This document shows positions 50,920 to 60,907 of a DNA stretch of 64,000 bases, one piece after another (within the stretch, counting starts at the first letter, position 1; each line of letters opens with the position of its first letter). The stretch spans positions 1,088,001-1,152,000 of the forward strand of contig CAWDXG010000004.1 in the NCBI GenBank assembly GCA_963806225.1, in the 5' to 3' direction. Source of the stretch: an uncultured delta proteobacterium (lineage in GTDB: Bacteria; Myxococcota_A; Polyangia; Polyangiales; Polyangiaceae). A model generated the notes under the pieces. The model did not search any database. It was not told where the DNA came from and saw only the letters and a program-made list of their open reading frames with translations. The translations under genes and the position numbers were made by a program.

Positions 50920-53016
50920 ATGAGCGAGCCGCGGCGCGTCTGCTCGAGGTGCGGGGAGAGCTACGACCCGGACGTCATCTTCTGCCCGAAGGACGGCACC
51001 CCGCTCGGCGCGCGCCGCACCGAGCTCAGCGACGATCCGTATCTCGACCTGACGGTCGCCGGGCAGTTCCGGATCCAGCAGCTGATCGGCATCGGCGCGA
51101 TGGGACGCGTGTACCGCGCGCACCAGAAGGGCATCGAACGCGACGTCGCGATCAAGATCCTGCACCGCGAGCTCTTGCGCAATCCGACGGTCACCGCGCG
51201 CTTCCAACGCGAAGCGAAGGTGGCCAGCCGGCTGATGCACCCGAACGTGGTGCAGGTACTGATGACCGGCGAGCTCGAGAAGCAGAACGGCGACATCGGC
51301 GGCGAGGGCTACATCGTGATGGAGCACCTCGACGGCATCTCGCTGCGTTCGGCGCTGGCTGCCGCCGGCGGTGCGATGCCGCTGCCGCGCGCCCTGCACG
51401 TCGTCCTGCAGGTCTGCGACGCGGTCGGCGAAGCGCATGCCCAGGGCATCGTGCACCGTGACCTCAAGCCAGAGAACGTGATGCTGGTCCGCCGCGGCGA
51501 CGACCGCGACTTCGTCAAGGTGCTCGATTTCGGCGTAGCGCGCATCGACTGGGCGGACAATTCGGTCGCCACCCAGGCCGGCGTCATCTTCGGCACCGCG
51601 CGCTACATCTCGCCCGAAGGCGCCCAGGGCGCGCGCGTCGGTGCGGCGGGCGACGTGTACTCGATCGCCACGATGCTGTTCCAGTGTCTGTCGGGCACAA
51701 CCCCGTTCGACGGCGAGAACCCCGTCGCCATCCTGATCAAGCACACGAACGAGACGCCACCCGACGTGCGCTCGATCGCACGATCGAGCTACGTCCCGGA
51801 ACCGCTCGCGCGGGTGGTCGCCGCGAATCTGGCCAAGGACCCCGGCGATCGCTGCCGCGACGCCCGCGAGCTCGGACGCGCGCTGATCGATGCGGCGCGC
51901 GACTGCGGGCTCAATCCCTCCGACCTGGTGCGCTCCACCCTGCTCGGCGACTCGCAGCGCGCGCTCGATCTCGCCAGCATCGAGCGCACCCGCTCGCTCG
52001 GCCTTACCCCGGAGCTGGCCGCGAAGATGGCCGGCAGCGGCGGTACGCAGGTGCTCGATCCGGACAACGCGGCCACGCAAGTGGCCGAGCCGCCGCTCCA
52101 CGACAGCGCGCCGCCCGCGGAAGCCACGCGGCGTTCGGCCCCCGACACCGCACTGGATGCCGAGCCCGCCGCCGGCCGCCGCTCCAACGTGGAGCCCACG
52201 CTCGCCGACGAGCCTGCCGAGCTCATGTCATCGCCGCGAAGCTCGGCGCCACCGTCGGCGCCGCGCGCTTCGGCTCCCCCGTCGGCGCTGGGTTCGACGG
52301 CTCCTCCCGCCTCGGTGCCGCCGGGTTCCTCGCCGGGCTTCGAGCGGCTGTCGTCCCCGGCGTCGTTCAGGGACTCGCTGTCCAGCCTGCCGGAACACGC
52401 CCTCCCCGAGGCGCCGGGCTCGCGCCTGCGGCGGGCGCTTCTCGTCGCGGCGTTCTTCCTGCTCGGCGGCGGGCTGGCGCTCTTGATCGCGAGCCGGCTG
52501 GGCGCGTTCGACAAGCATGAGCCCACGCTCGAAAGCTACGCCGAGCGCGCGCGCGCTGCGGCGCTCGCCAGCGCCTGGGACTCGCCCCCCGGCGAGAACG
52601 TGAAAGACATCACCGACGCGGCGCTGCAGCGCTGGCCGCACGCGTCCAGCATCCGCCGCGTGCGGCAGGACAGCGCGCGCACGTTGACCGGGCGTGCACG
52701 GGATCTGTCGGACTCGGACCGCTCGCGCGCGCTCGCCCTGGTCAAGCTGGCGCTCGAGCTGGATCCGACCAACAGCGCTGCCCGCAGCCTGATGGGAACG
52801 CTCGATGGCAGCTTGGAGCAGAGCCCGCCGGAGAGCGCCAGTGCCCCGGCGCAGGCAAGCTCCGCCTCGCCTCCTCGCCCCCGGCACCACCCGGCGCACG
52901 CCAAACGGCCGACAGTGACACCGAAGGCTTCCCCTGCGGTCAAGGCCCCGTCGGATGCCGGGGCCAAGCCGCCCGCACCCGCACCCACTCCCTCGACCGG
53001 AGGCCGCTGGCTATGA
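50920..53016 (+). CDS. Hanks-type Ser/Thr kinase with N-terminal zinc ribbon and TM
   Basis: CSRC...FCPKDG; GIGAMGRV, VAIK, HRDLKPEN, DFG, GTARYISPE. Confidence 0.95.
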   Translation: MSEPRRVCSRCGESYDPDVIFCPKDGTPLGARRTELSDDPYLDLTVAGQFRIQQLIGIGAMGRVYRAHQKGIERDVAIKILHRELLRNPTVTARFQREAKVASRLMHPNVVQVLMTGELEKQNGDIGGEGYIVMEHLDGISLRSALAAAGGAMPLPRALHVVLQVCDAVGEAHAQGIVHRDLKPENVMLVRRGDDRDFVKVLDFGVARIDWADNSVATQAGVIFGTARYISPEGAQGARVGAAGDVYSIATMLFQCLSGTTPFDGENPVAILIKHTNETPPDVRSIARSSYVPEPLARVVAANLAKDPGDRCRDARELGRALIDAARDCGLNPSDLVRSTLLGDSQRALDLASIERTRSLGLTPELAAKMAGSGGTQVLDPDNAATQVAEPPLHDSAPPAEATRRSAPDTALDAEPAAGRRSNVEPTLADEPAELMSSPRSSAPPSAPRASAPPSALGSTAPPASVPPGSSPGFERLSSPASFRDSLSSLPEHALPEAPGSRLRRALLVAAFFLLGGGLALLIASRLGAFDKHEPTLESYAERARAAALASAWDSPPGENVKDITDAALQRWPHASSIRRVRQDSARTLTGRARDLSDSDRSRALALVKLALELDPTNSAARSLMGTLDGSLEQSPPESASAPAQASSASPPRPRHHPAHAKRPTVTPKASPAVKAPSDAGAKPPAPAPTPSTGGRWL

Positions 53017-53807
53017 ACGGACAGCGCGTGCTCGGCGTATCGGCGGCGCTGGTTCTGGCGCTGGGCGCCGCATCGGCTCGGGCGCAGACCGACACCACCT
53101 CCGCCAACGTCCAGCTCGAGGACAGCGGCAGCGCGTCCGCGGAACTCCAGCCCGCCGACGGCAGCGCCACGCTCATCCCGGAGAGGGCCGCGTACCGCAG
53201 CACGGGCATGGCCGAGCTCGGGCTGGGTTGGCTGGTGCTGCCCGGCGCGAAGGTGTGCAGCGCACGCACGCAGAACAGCTGCAAGAACGGAGACTCGAGC
53301 CCCATGATCGAGGTCTGGCCACTGGTCAGGCCGACACCCGACTTTGCAGTCGGCGCCGGGGTCAGCCTGGGGCTTATCCCGACCACGGACGCGCCGCGCC
53401 AGGATCCCCCCGGCGTGGACCGCAGTCACAGCCGCGGCTACCTCACTGTGGAAGGCATCGGACGCTACTACGCCATCGCGGGCGAGCACGTGGAGGCGTG
53501 GGCCGGGCTCACGGTCGGCTTCGTCGCGGTCAGCGACACGTTCCAGTCGAAGAATGGACTCACCGACAAGGCGCTCGTCGGCCCGCGCGGCGTCACCATC
53601 CGGACCGAGGGCTACACGATCGGCGTCGCCCTCGGCGGTTCGTACCGCCTGTCGTCCCACTGGTCCGTCGGTACAACGCTGCGCTACGGCGCCTGGCTTC
53701 TGCCCAAGAAGCCCGCCACCGATCCCCTCGGCGACGAGGCGTCGCTGGTCGGGCGGAACAGCATGTTCAGCCTGAGCCTGAACGTGGCCTACCGGATTCC
53801 GCTGTAG
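53013..53807 (+). CDS. Outer-membrane beta-barrel-like protein
   Basis: Signal peptide; amphipathic strands; ends FSLSLNVAYRIPL. Confidence 0.7.
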   Translation: MNGQRVLGVSAALVLALGAASARAQTDTTSANVQLEDSGSASAELQPADGSATLIPERAAYRSTGMAELGLGWLVLPGAKVCSARTQNSCKNGDSSPMIEVWPLVRPTPDFAVGAGVSLGLIPTTDAPRQDPPGVDRSHSRGYLTVEGIGRYYAIAGEHVEAWAGLTVGFVAVSDTFQSKNGLTDKALVGPRGVTIRTEGYTIGVALGGSYRLSSHWSVGTTLRYGAWLLPKKPATDPLGDEASLVGRNSMFSLSLNVAYRIPL

Positions 53808-53815
53808 ACCCCGGC

Positions 53816-54553
53816 CTACGGCACGCTGTGCGCGTACATCGCGAGCAGCCCGGCGATGCGGTTGAACACGATCGCGGCGACGCCGAGGATCGCGAGGGAT
53901 CGTAGCGGCCAGAGCAGCGGCTGGATGAAGGCGGGGCTGGCGGCGCGCGCTACGAGCGCACCGCCCACCTCCACGACGATCGACGCCGCCAGCACCGGCG
54001 CAGCGACGGCGACCGCGAGCTCGATGCCGTGCGCCAGATCGATCGCGGCCCGCGCCAGCGGAGCGTGGAAGGCGAGCCCCGGCGCGGCCAGTGCCTCGGC
54101 CATGCGCGCCGGCCCGCCGCTCTCGAGAAACGCGATCGCGACCAGCATCGACAGCAGCACGCCCACCGGCGTCCCTCCCTGCTCGACGGTCGGCAGATCC
54201 GCGCGCTCGCGGCCGCCGCGCAGATTGTCGATCACGCCGCCAGTCATCGTCGCGGCCCACAACGCGCCCGCGGCGGTCAGCGCGACCGGCAGTCCCTTCG
54301 CGGCCTCCACCAGAAGCAGCGCTGGCCAGGGCATCGAGCCGGCCGCGACCGGAGCCAGGGCGGGCGCGATGCCGGCAGCCATGGCCAGACCGAGCGCGAT
54401 CCGCGCCGGACCCGGGATCGCCCTGAGCCCGAACGCCGGGACCAGCGCGATGCTGGGAGCCACGCGTGCCCACGCCAACCCCCACGCGCGGAGGTCGATA
54501 CCGCCTAGCTCGAGGGCGTCAGTGAGCGTCCGCAGAAGGCCCGGCGCGTGCAT
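53816..54553 (-). CDS. FliR/SctT-like export-gate membrane protein (divergent, isolated)
   Basis: ARVAPSIALVPAFG..IPGPARIALGL, GGVIDNLRG, LAVAVAAPVL...LVARAA. Confidence 0.7.
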   Translation of the reverse strand: MHAPGLLRTLTDALELGGIDLRAWGLAWARVAPSIALVPAFGLRAIPGPARIALGLAMAAGIAPALAPVAAGSMPWPALLLVEAAKGLPVALTAAGALWAATMTGGVIDNLRGGRERADLPTVEQGGTPVGVLLSMLVAIAFLESGGPARMAEALAAPGLAFHAPLARAAIDLAHGIELAVAVAAPVLAASIVVEVGGALVARAASPAFIQPLLWPLRSLAILGVAAIVFNRIAGLLAMYAHSVP

Positions 54554-54656
54554 CAGCGCGCCTCGCGATCGCCTGCGGAAGGCAGGTCCGGGACCCTGTC
54601 GTTGACTTGCCGCTCCCGCACCACTAACGCTTCTCCCGCCCCGCAAGGAGGATGCG

Positions 54657-55499
54657 ATGAGCCTCGATCTTTCGGCTGTCGGATACAAGACCGAAACCTA
54701 CGATTTCAAGTACGACTGGAAGACCGTTGCGCTCTACGCGCTCGGCATCGGCGCGAAGAAAGCCGAGCTCGACTACGTGTACGAGGCGCGGGGACCGAAG
54801 GTCTTCCCGACCTTCGCGGTAGCGCCGGCGTATCCCCTGGTCGGCGACATGCTCGGCAAGACGCAGGGCAACCTCGCCATGGTCGTGCACGGCGGCCAGC
54901 TGATCCGCATGCACCGGCCCATCCCTTCCGAAGGCACGCTGAGGACCACCGGCACGGTGGTCGGCATCTATGACATGAAGAAGATGGCGCAGGTGGTGCT
55001 CGAGACGAAGACCGAGGTCAACGGCGAGCCCTGCTTCGACACGGTCTGGTCGATCCTGTTCCGCGGCGCCGGCGGCTTCGGCGGCGCACCGCCCCCCAAG
55101 GCGGACATCGTCAAGCGCCCGGACGGCAAACAGCCCGACTGGACCCACGAGGAGCCCACAGCGCCCGAGCAGGCGCTTCTGTACCGCCTTTCTGGCGACC
55201 TCAACCCGCTGCACGCCGATCCCGATTTCGCCAAGATGGTCGGCTTCTCCCAGGGTCCGATCCTCCACGGTCTGTGCACCTACGGATTCGTGGGACGCGC
55301 CATCATCCAGCAAGCGTGCGGCGGGGACGGGAACAAACTGAAGAGCTTCCACGCTCAGTTCCGCAAGCCGGTGTGGCCGGGCGAGAGCATCCGCACGGTC
55401 GGCTACGACCTCGGAGGCGGAAAGGTCGCCGTCGAGGCGTACGCCGCCGATCGTCCCGAGCCGGTGATCACCAACGCCTGGGCAGAGATCGGGAGCTAG
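54657..55499 (+). CDS. MaoC-like double hot-dog (R)-enoyl-CoA hydratase
   Basis: LYALGIG, VVHGGQ, YRLSGDLNPLHADP..A...GF..PILHGLCTYG. Confidence 0.92.
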   Translation: MSLDLSAVGYKTETYDFKYDWKTVALYALGIGAKKAELDYVYEARGPKVFPTFAVAPAYPLVGDMLGKTQGNLAMVVHGGQLIRMHRPIPSEGTLRTTGTVVGIYDMKKMAQVVLETKTEVNGEPCFDTVWSILFRGAGGFGGAPPPKADIVKRPDGKQPDWTHEEPTAPEQALLYRLSGDLNPLHADPDFAKMVGFSQGPILHGLCTYGFVGRAIIQQACGGDGNKLKSFHAQFRKPVWPGESIRTVGYDLGGGKVAVEAYAADRPEPVITNAWAEIGS

Positions 55500-55503
55500 A
55501 ACC

Positions 55504-56317
55504 ATGGCCGACGACGACAAGAACGACGACAAGAAGAGCGACCCGCCCGCCGAGGGCTCGAAGAAACGTTCGGGTCCGAGCCGCCCTGGAAGAACGGCGA
55601 CGACAAGAAGGCCGACGACAAGAAGGCCGACGAGGCCAAGGCGGAGAAGGCCGACGACAAGAAGGCCGACGACAAGAAGGCCGACGACAAGAAGGCCGAC
55701 GAGGCCAAGGCGGAGAAGGCCGACGACAAGAAGGCCACGAGCAAGGCCGTGGCCGACGACAAGAAAGCCGACGACAAGAAGGCCGCGAGCAAGGCCGTGG
55801 CCGACGACGAGGAAGAGGACGACGAGGAAGAGGACGACGAGGAGACGAGGACGACGAGGACGACGAGGACGACGAGGACGACGAGGACGACGAGGAAGAA
55901 GAAAAGCCTGCTCCTCGCAAGTCCGCCAAGCAGAAGGCAACCTCCTCGAAGGGTCCTTCCGCCAGGTCCGGCAGCCAGAAGAAAGCATCGAAGGCGGCAG
56001 CTGCGCGCCGTCCGGAAAAGCCTTCCCGCCAGCGCCCCGAGCCGGAAGGCGGAGAGGACTTGTTCCCCGACTGGGCTCCCTGGGCCGTGTTGATCGGCCT
56101 GATCGCGATCGGCCTGCTCGGCGCACTGGGCGTCTTCACTCCGAAGCACACCGGGCCCACCGCAGCCGACGTCGACGCCGACACCGCACCGTCCGCGACC
56201 GACGTGGCGAATCCAATGGCGCCGCCACCCGGTTCACCGAGCGGAGCCGAGCCCCGCCCCCGACTGCTGCTCAAGCCGAACATGATCAAGCAGCTGCCGA
56301 AGCCCCCGACGCGCTAG
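55504..56317 (+). CDS. Low-complexity acidic/Lys-rich single-TM protein (frameshifted)
   Basis: ADDKK 15-bp repeats and GACGACGAG 9-bp repeats, then a TM (WAVLIGLIAIGLLGALGVF). Confidence 0.6.
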
Positions 56318-56326
56318 ACGTCGATA

Positions 56327-56816
56327 ATGAACCCGATCCCGAGAGCGGCGCGCGCGGCGCTGTTGCCGCTGCTGATCTGGGTCGGCGGCTCGACGGGCTG
56401 CGTCGTCACGACGTTCGAAGGCCCGTCCGAGCCGCCGCGCGTGGCTCCCGTACCGCTGGCCCCCGGAGCGGCCGCCCGCGCCGACGAGCCCAGCCGAAAT
56501 CGCCGCGAGCCACATCCTCATCCAGTACAAAGGCGCGCTGCACGCCGGGCCGGGCATCACCCGCACCAAGGCCGAAGCCCGCGCGCTGGCGGGGAAAGTG
56601 CTCGCCAAGGCGCGCGCCGGCGAGGACTTCGGCAAGCTCGCCGCGAAATACTCCGACGAGCCCGGCGCGGCCGCGCGCGGCGGCAGCCTCGGCCATTTCA
56701 GCCGCAACATGATGGTGCAGGAGTTCTCCGACGCGGCCTTCAAGCTGAAGGTCGGGCAGCTCTCCGGCGTCGTGGAGACACCGTTCGGGTTCCACGTGAT
56801 CAAGCGGACCGAGTAG
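56327..56816 (+). CDS. Parvulin-type peptidyl-prolyl isomerase lipoprotein (frameshift near 56495)
   Basis: ASHILIQY, FGKLAAKYSDEP..RGGSLG.F, FSDAAFKL, ETPFGFHVIKR. Confidence 0.88.
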
Positions 56817-56880
56817 CGAGCCCGAACGACGTCGCGACACCCGCTCGGCGCGGTCCCGCCCTGCCTCGCGCCGGGAGCGC

Positions 56881-58026
56881 TCAGCCGCGCAGGAGGTGCT
56901 TGGCGATGACCATGCGCTGCACCTGGCTCGTGCCCTCGCCTATCTCGCAGATCTTCACATCGCGCAGATGACGTTCCACGTCGAACTCGCGCGTGTAGCC
57001 GTAGCCGCCGTGGATCTGCAGCGCGTCGTTGCACGCCTTGGTTGCCGCTTCGCTCGCGAACAGCTTCGCCATGGCCGCTTCGCGCGAGTACGGTTCGCCC
57101 CGATCGCACAGCATCGCCGCGCGCTGGATCAGAAGCTCGGAGGCGTCCAGCGTGGTCGCCGCGTCGGCCAGCATCCACTGGATCGCCTGGTACTCGGCGA
57201 TCGGCTTGCCGAAGGCCTGGCGGTCCTTCGCGTAGCCGAGCGCCATCCCGAGCGCTCCGCGCCCGAGCCCGAGCGCCATGGCGGCAATCGAGATGCGCCC
57301 GCGATCGAGGATGCTCATGGTGTTGTAGAAGCCCTGATCGACGTCGCCCAGCCGCTGCGAATCGGCAACGCGCACGTTCTCCAGCGTCAGCTCCACCGTG
57401 TCGCTCGAGCGGCAGCCGTACTTTTCCAGCTTCTTGCTGGCGGAGAAGCCTTTCGTCCCCTGGTCGACGATGAACGCGGTGATCCCGCGCTGGGCAGGCA
57501 CGTCCTTGTTGCTGCGCGCCAGTACGACACAGAAACCACCCACCGAGCCCTGCGTGATGAACATCTTCGTGCCGTTCAGCACCCAGTCGTCGCCATCGCG
57601 CACGGCCGTCGTCTTCATCGCCGAGCTGTCCGAGCCGGAGCCCGGCTCGGTCAACGCCCAGGCCGCCAGCCACTCGCCGCTCGCCGCCTTCGGCAGGTAC
57701 CGCTGCTTCTGCGCGTCGTTGCCGAACGCCAGGATATGACCGGTCCCGAGACCGTTGTGGCTCGCCACGGTGAGCGCCAGCGAGCCATCCACCCGCGCGC
57801 ACTCCTCCACGCAGATCGCATAGGCCAGCGTATCCATCCCGGCGCCCCCGTATTCCTCCGGGATGCGGATGCCCAGCAAGCCAAGCTCGGCCAGCTTCGG
57901 CACGAGTTCCTGGGGAAAGTGCTCCTCGGCATCCCATTTCCTCGCCTTGGGGCGCACTTCGCGCTCGCAGAATTCGCGCACGCTCTGGCGCAGGATCTGG
58001 TGCTGCTCGTCTAGCTCGAAGTCCAC
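56881..58026 (-). CDS. Acyl-CoA dehydrogenase
   Basis: IPEEYGGAG, ALTEPGSGSD, LNGTKMFIT, QIHGGYGY, EIGEGT. Confidence 0.96.
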   Translation of the reverse strand: MDFELDEQHQILRQSVREFCEREVRPKARKWDAEEHFPQELVPKLAELGLLGIRIPEEYGGAGMDTLAYAICVEECARVDGSLALTVASHNGLGTGHILAFGNDAQKQRYLPKAASGEWLAAWALTEPGSGSDSSAMKTTAVRDGDDWVLNGTKMFITQGSVGGFCVVLARSNKDVPAQRGITAFIVDQGTKGFSASKKLEKYGCRSSDTVELTLENVRVADSQRLGDVDQGFYNTMSILDRGRISIAAMALGLGRGALGMALGYAKDRQAFGKPIAEYQAIQWMLADAATTLDASELLIQRAAMLCDRGEPYSREAAMAKLFASEAATKACNDALQIHGGYGYTREFDVERHLRDVKICEIGEGTSQVQRMVIAKHLLRG

Positions 58027-58158
58027 GCGTTCATCCTCTCTCGCGGGTCCGCCCGGGGGATAGGGCCGCACGGGAGATAGCACGTCTGGTCTCGATTTCG
58101 CGCGACAACCCGGCCCGCCCTGACGGCCACCGGTTGAACCAATCCCGCGCTCTGGACG

Positions 58159-59271
58159 CTACTTGCCGCCGGCGGTGTCGATGAGCTGTTTGAGCCGCGC
58201 CAGCTTCTGGTCCTTGTCGAGGCTCACCTTCTTCGCGTCCTCGGCGGATTGCCCGGAGTCGAGAGCGTACTCCTCGTCGCCCACACCGAAGACGCGCGCG
58301 CCCTTGCGGCCGGCCATCCACTCTATCCGCGGGCTGGACTCGTCGGCACGCCGGGCAAACGTCACCATGTCGTACAGCTGCTTCTTCAGCGTCTTCGCGC
58401 CGTCGAGCTTCCTGAGCGTCTTCATCACGTCCTTCGCCGACGCCTCGTCCGGCCGCACGATCACGAAATCGCGCCAGCGCTTGTCGCCGTTCTTGTAGAA
58501 GCCCTCGGCGCCGGGACCGGCTCCCTTGATGCCGAGCACGTCCTTCGCGTCGTAGGCGATGCCCTGGCTGACGCGATCAGCGGACGGCAGCGCGAAAGCC
58601 GCCGGCGGGAGCGACTTGTCGCCCGGAAGCTTGTCGCCGAGCTGCTTGGCAAAGGACGGCAGCAGGCTGTCGCTGCTCTTCTTCACCTGATCCGGCGCCT
58701 CGTTTTCGTTCACGTAGCTGATCTCGGCAACGTACTCGCCGCGCCATACGTAGGCGATGCCCGTACCCAGCGCAGCGGCGCCCCCGGCGTGGAGCTTGCT
58801 CGGCGCGTTTTCGGCCGGGTCGCTGTCGGCCACCACGCGCTTGGTATAGAAGCCGAACGCGCCGTCGCGGCTACCGAAGCGCGAGAGGTTCACGGTCACG
58901 GTGCCGGGCGAGCCCTTGCCGTCGATGTAGCGGAGCGTGACGACGCGCTTCAGGCCGTAGCTCTTGTAGACCTCGCACTCGCCGTCGAAGAGCTCCGTGC
59001 AGACCTTGTCGAGCCCTTCCTTCGCACTGGCGCCGTAGGTGCGGGTCTCGCCGTTGGGGTCGATACAGTAGCCGGCCACCGTGCGCGGAAAGAACGCGGC
59101 GGAGACCTTGTCGCTGACCGTGCCGCCGCCCCCGAGACAGGCCCCGGGCTTCGAGCTCTGGATGGGCGGTGGCGCGACGCCGTGCTCGGCGGCCAGCTTG
59201 TCTTTCTTCGAGTGGCAGGCGACGAACAGGGACAGCGACATCCCGACGAACAGTGGCGTGCGAATCCTCAT
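58159..59271 (-). CDS. Lipoprotein of unknown function (DUF6599-like)
   Basis: Lipobox LFVAC; FDGECEVYKSYG and GAFGFY pattern; family call tentative. Confidence 0.7.
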   Translation of the reverse strand: MRIRTPLFVGMSLSLFVACHSKKDKLAAEHGVAPPPIQSSKPGACLGGGGTVSDKVSAAFFPRTVAGYCIDPNGETRTYGASAKEGLDKVCTELFDGECEVYKSYGLKRVVTLRYIDGKGSPGTVTVNLSRFGSRDGAFGFYTKRVVADSDPAENAPSKLHAGGAAALGTGIAYVWRGEYVAEISYVNENEAPDQVKKSSDSLLPSFAKQLGDKLPGDKSLPPAAFALPSADRVSQGIAYDAKDVLGIKGAGPGAEGFYKNGDKRWRDFVIVRPDEASAKDVMKTLRKLDGAKTLKKQLYDMVTFARRADESSPRIEWMAGRKGARVFGVGDEEYALDSGQSAEDAKKVSLDKDQKLARLKQLIDTAGGK

Positions 59272-59582
59272 CTGGGCAGCTCCGTGGTCCTTCCGGTCCC
59301 GCAATAGACCGCCCGCGCTGCCCGGGCAATCACGCGCTGGCAGCAGCGTCGAATGTGGCAAAATGCAACGATTTTGTGACATTTCGCCACAGCGAGCGGT
59401 CAGCGGAACCGAGGCGAGGCTATCGCTCTGCTTTCCCCAGCTCTGCAACGATTACATAGCGATGCAATCCTTACCGCGTGGCGCACTTGCGGGCCCTCGA
59501 AATCACGGGGAAAATCGCTCCGCACCGGCCCGCACCGGCGGCACAGGGCTTGCTCCTGGCTTCGATCGGGATCTCTGCGCCT

Positions 59583-60266
59583 ATGAGCCTAAGCCTATCC
59601 ACCCTCCACCGCCGCCGGAAGGCCGCCCAGCGCGGCTTCTCGCTGATCGAGCTGGTCGTCGTCGTCATCATCATCGCCATCCTGGCGGTGATCGCCATTC
59701 CCTCGATCACCCGTCGGATGCGTGACCATCGCACGGCCCAGGCCGCCGAGAAGGTCAGCAACATCTTCCGGGGGGCCCGCATGCGTGCCATGGGCCGCGG
59801 CGCTGCCGTGCTGGTGCGCTTCGACGCCAGCAGCAATCCCGAGGGGAGCCTGACGGTGCAGGAAGCGGTGCGCGGCAGCGCGGTGACCGACGCCAACTGC
59901 AAGCGACTGCCCTCCTCGAGCTGCACGCTGACCGACTGGACCACACCGACCGGCAACACCGTGACCGGCAACGTCCTGGTGTCGAGCTTCGCGCCGCCCG
60001 CCCAGGGTCAGTACCAGGACACCTACATCACGCTCCAGGGCGACGCCGCGCACTCCGGCGCGCAACAGCAGATGGACCTGTGCTTCACACCGCTCGGGCG
60101 CGCGTTCGTCCGCTACAGCCAGACCGGCACCTTCACGCCGCTCGCGGGCGTGCCGGTCGCCGAGGTGTACCGGAAGACCGGCTCGGCCATCTCGGGGCTG
60201 ATCCGCACCGTGATGATCCTGCCCAACGGCAGCACGCGCCTCGGCACGGCGAAGGTGGGGCCATGA
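59583..60266 (+). CDS. fimU: FimT/FimU-like minor pilin
   Basis: Prepilin site RG|FSLIEL; first gene of the cluster. Confidence 0.8.
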   Translation: MSLSLSTLHRRRKAAQRGFSLIELVVVVIIIAILAVIAIPSITRRMRDHRTAQAAEKVSNIFRGARMRAMGRGAAVLVRFDASSNPEGSLTVQEAVRGSAVTDANCKRLPSSSCTLTDWTTPTGNTVTGNVLVSSFAPPAQGQYQDTYITLQGDAAHSGAQQQMDLCFTPLGRAFVRYSQTGTFTPLAGVPVAEVYRKTGSAISGLIRTVMILPNGSTRLGTAKVGP

Positions 60267-60907
60267 CCGGCCGTCGGCTTCAACGTGCGCGGGCGCGCGG
60301 CTACACTGTGGTCGAGCTGATGATGGCGCTGACGATCCTGGCGATCGGCGTCTCCGGCATCATCGCGATGGAGAAGGTCACCGTCGCCGCCAACCAGCAC
60401 GCCAAATCGCTGGCGATCGCCTCGCGCATCGCGGAGGCGTGGCAGGAGCAGCTCGCGGCCGACGCGGCGCAGTGGAACCACCCCTCGGAAAAGCAGAACA
60501 AGCGCGACCTCGACAGCGACACCACCTGGCTCAAGCTGGTCGACTCCAATCCAGGCCAGTGGGTGCGGCCGCAGTGGAGTGCAGCGCGGCAGTTCGGAGC
60601 CGCGTTCGACGCGCTGGGCAACCCCATCAGCGAGGGCGGCGCCAGCGGCTCGGGCGCCAGCGCCAACCTGTCGCAGGCCGTGTTCTGCGCCAACATCCGG
60701 CTCGACTGGCTCTACCCCGACACCGCCGGCAACGGCCTGATCCGCGCCTCGGTACGGGTCTTCTGGGTCCGCGACGGCATGGGCGGCACCGTGAACGGCC
60801 AGTCGGTCTGCGATCCGTCAGCCAATCCCACCGACATCGGCCAGGCCGTGACCCGGTATCACTTCGTCTACCAGACCACTGCGGTGAAGCAGCAGACGGC
60901 AATCTGA
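60263..60907 (+). CDS. pilV: PilV-like minor pilin
   Basis: RG|YTVVELMMALTILAIG; cluster order. Confidence 0.8.
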   Translation: MTGRRLQRARARGYTVVELMMALTILAIGVSGIIAMEKVTVAANQHAKSLAIASRIAEAWQEQLAADAAQWNHPSEKQNKRDLDSDTTWLKLVDSNPGQWVRPQWSAARQFGAAFDALGNPISEGGASGSGASANLSQAVFCANIRLDWLYPDTAGNGLIRASVRVFWVRDGMGGTVNGQSVCDPSANPTDIGQAVTRYHFVYQTTAVKQQTAI

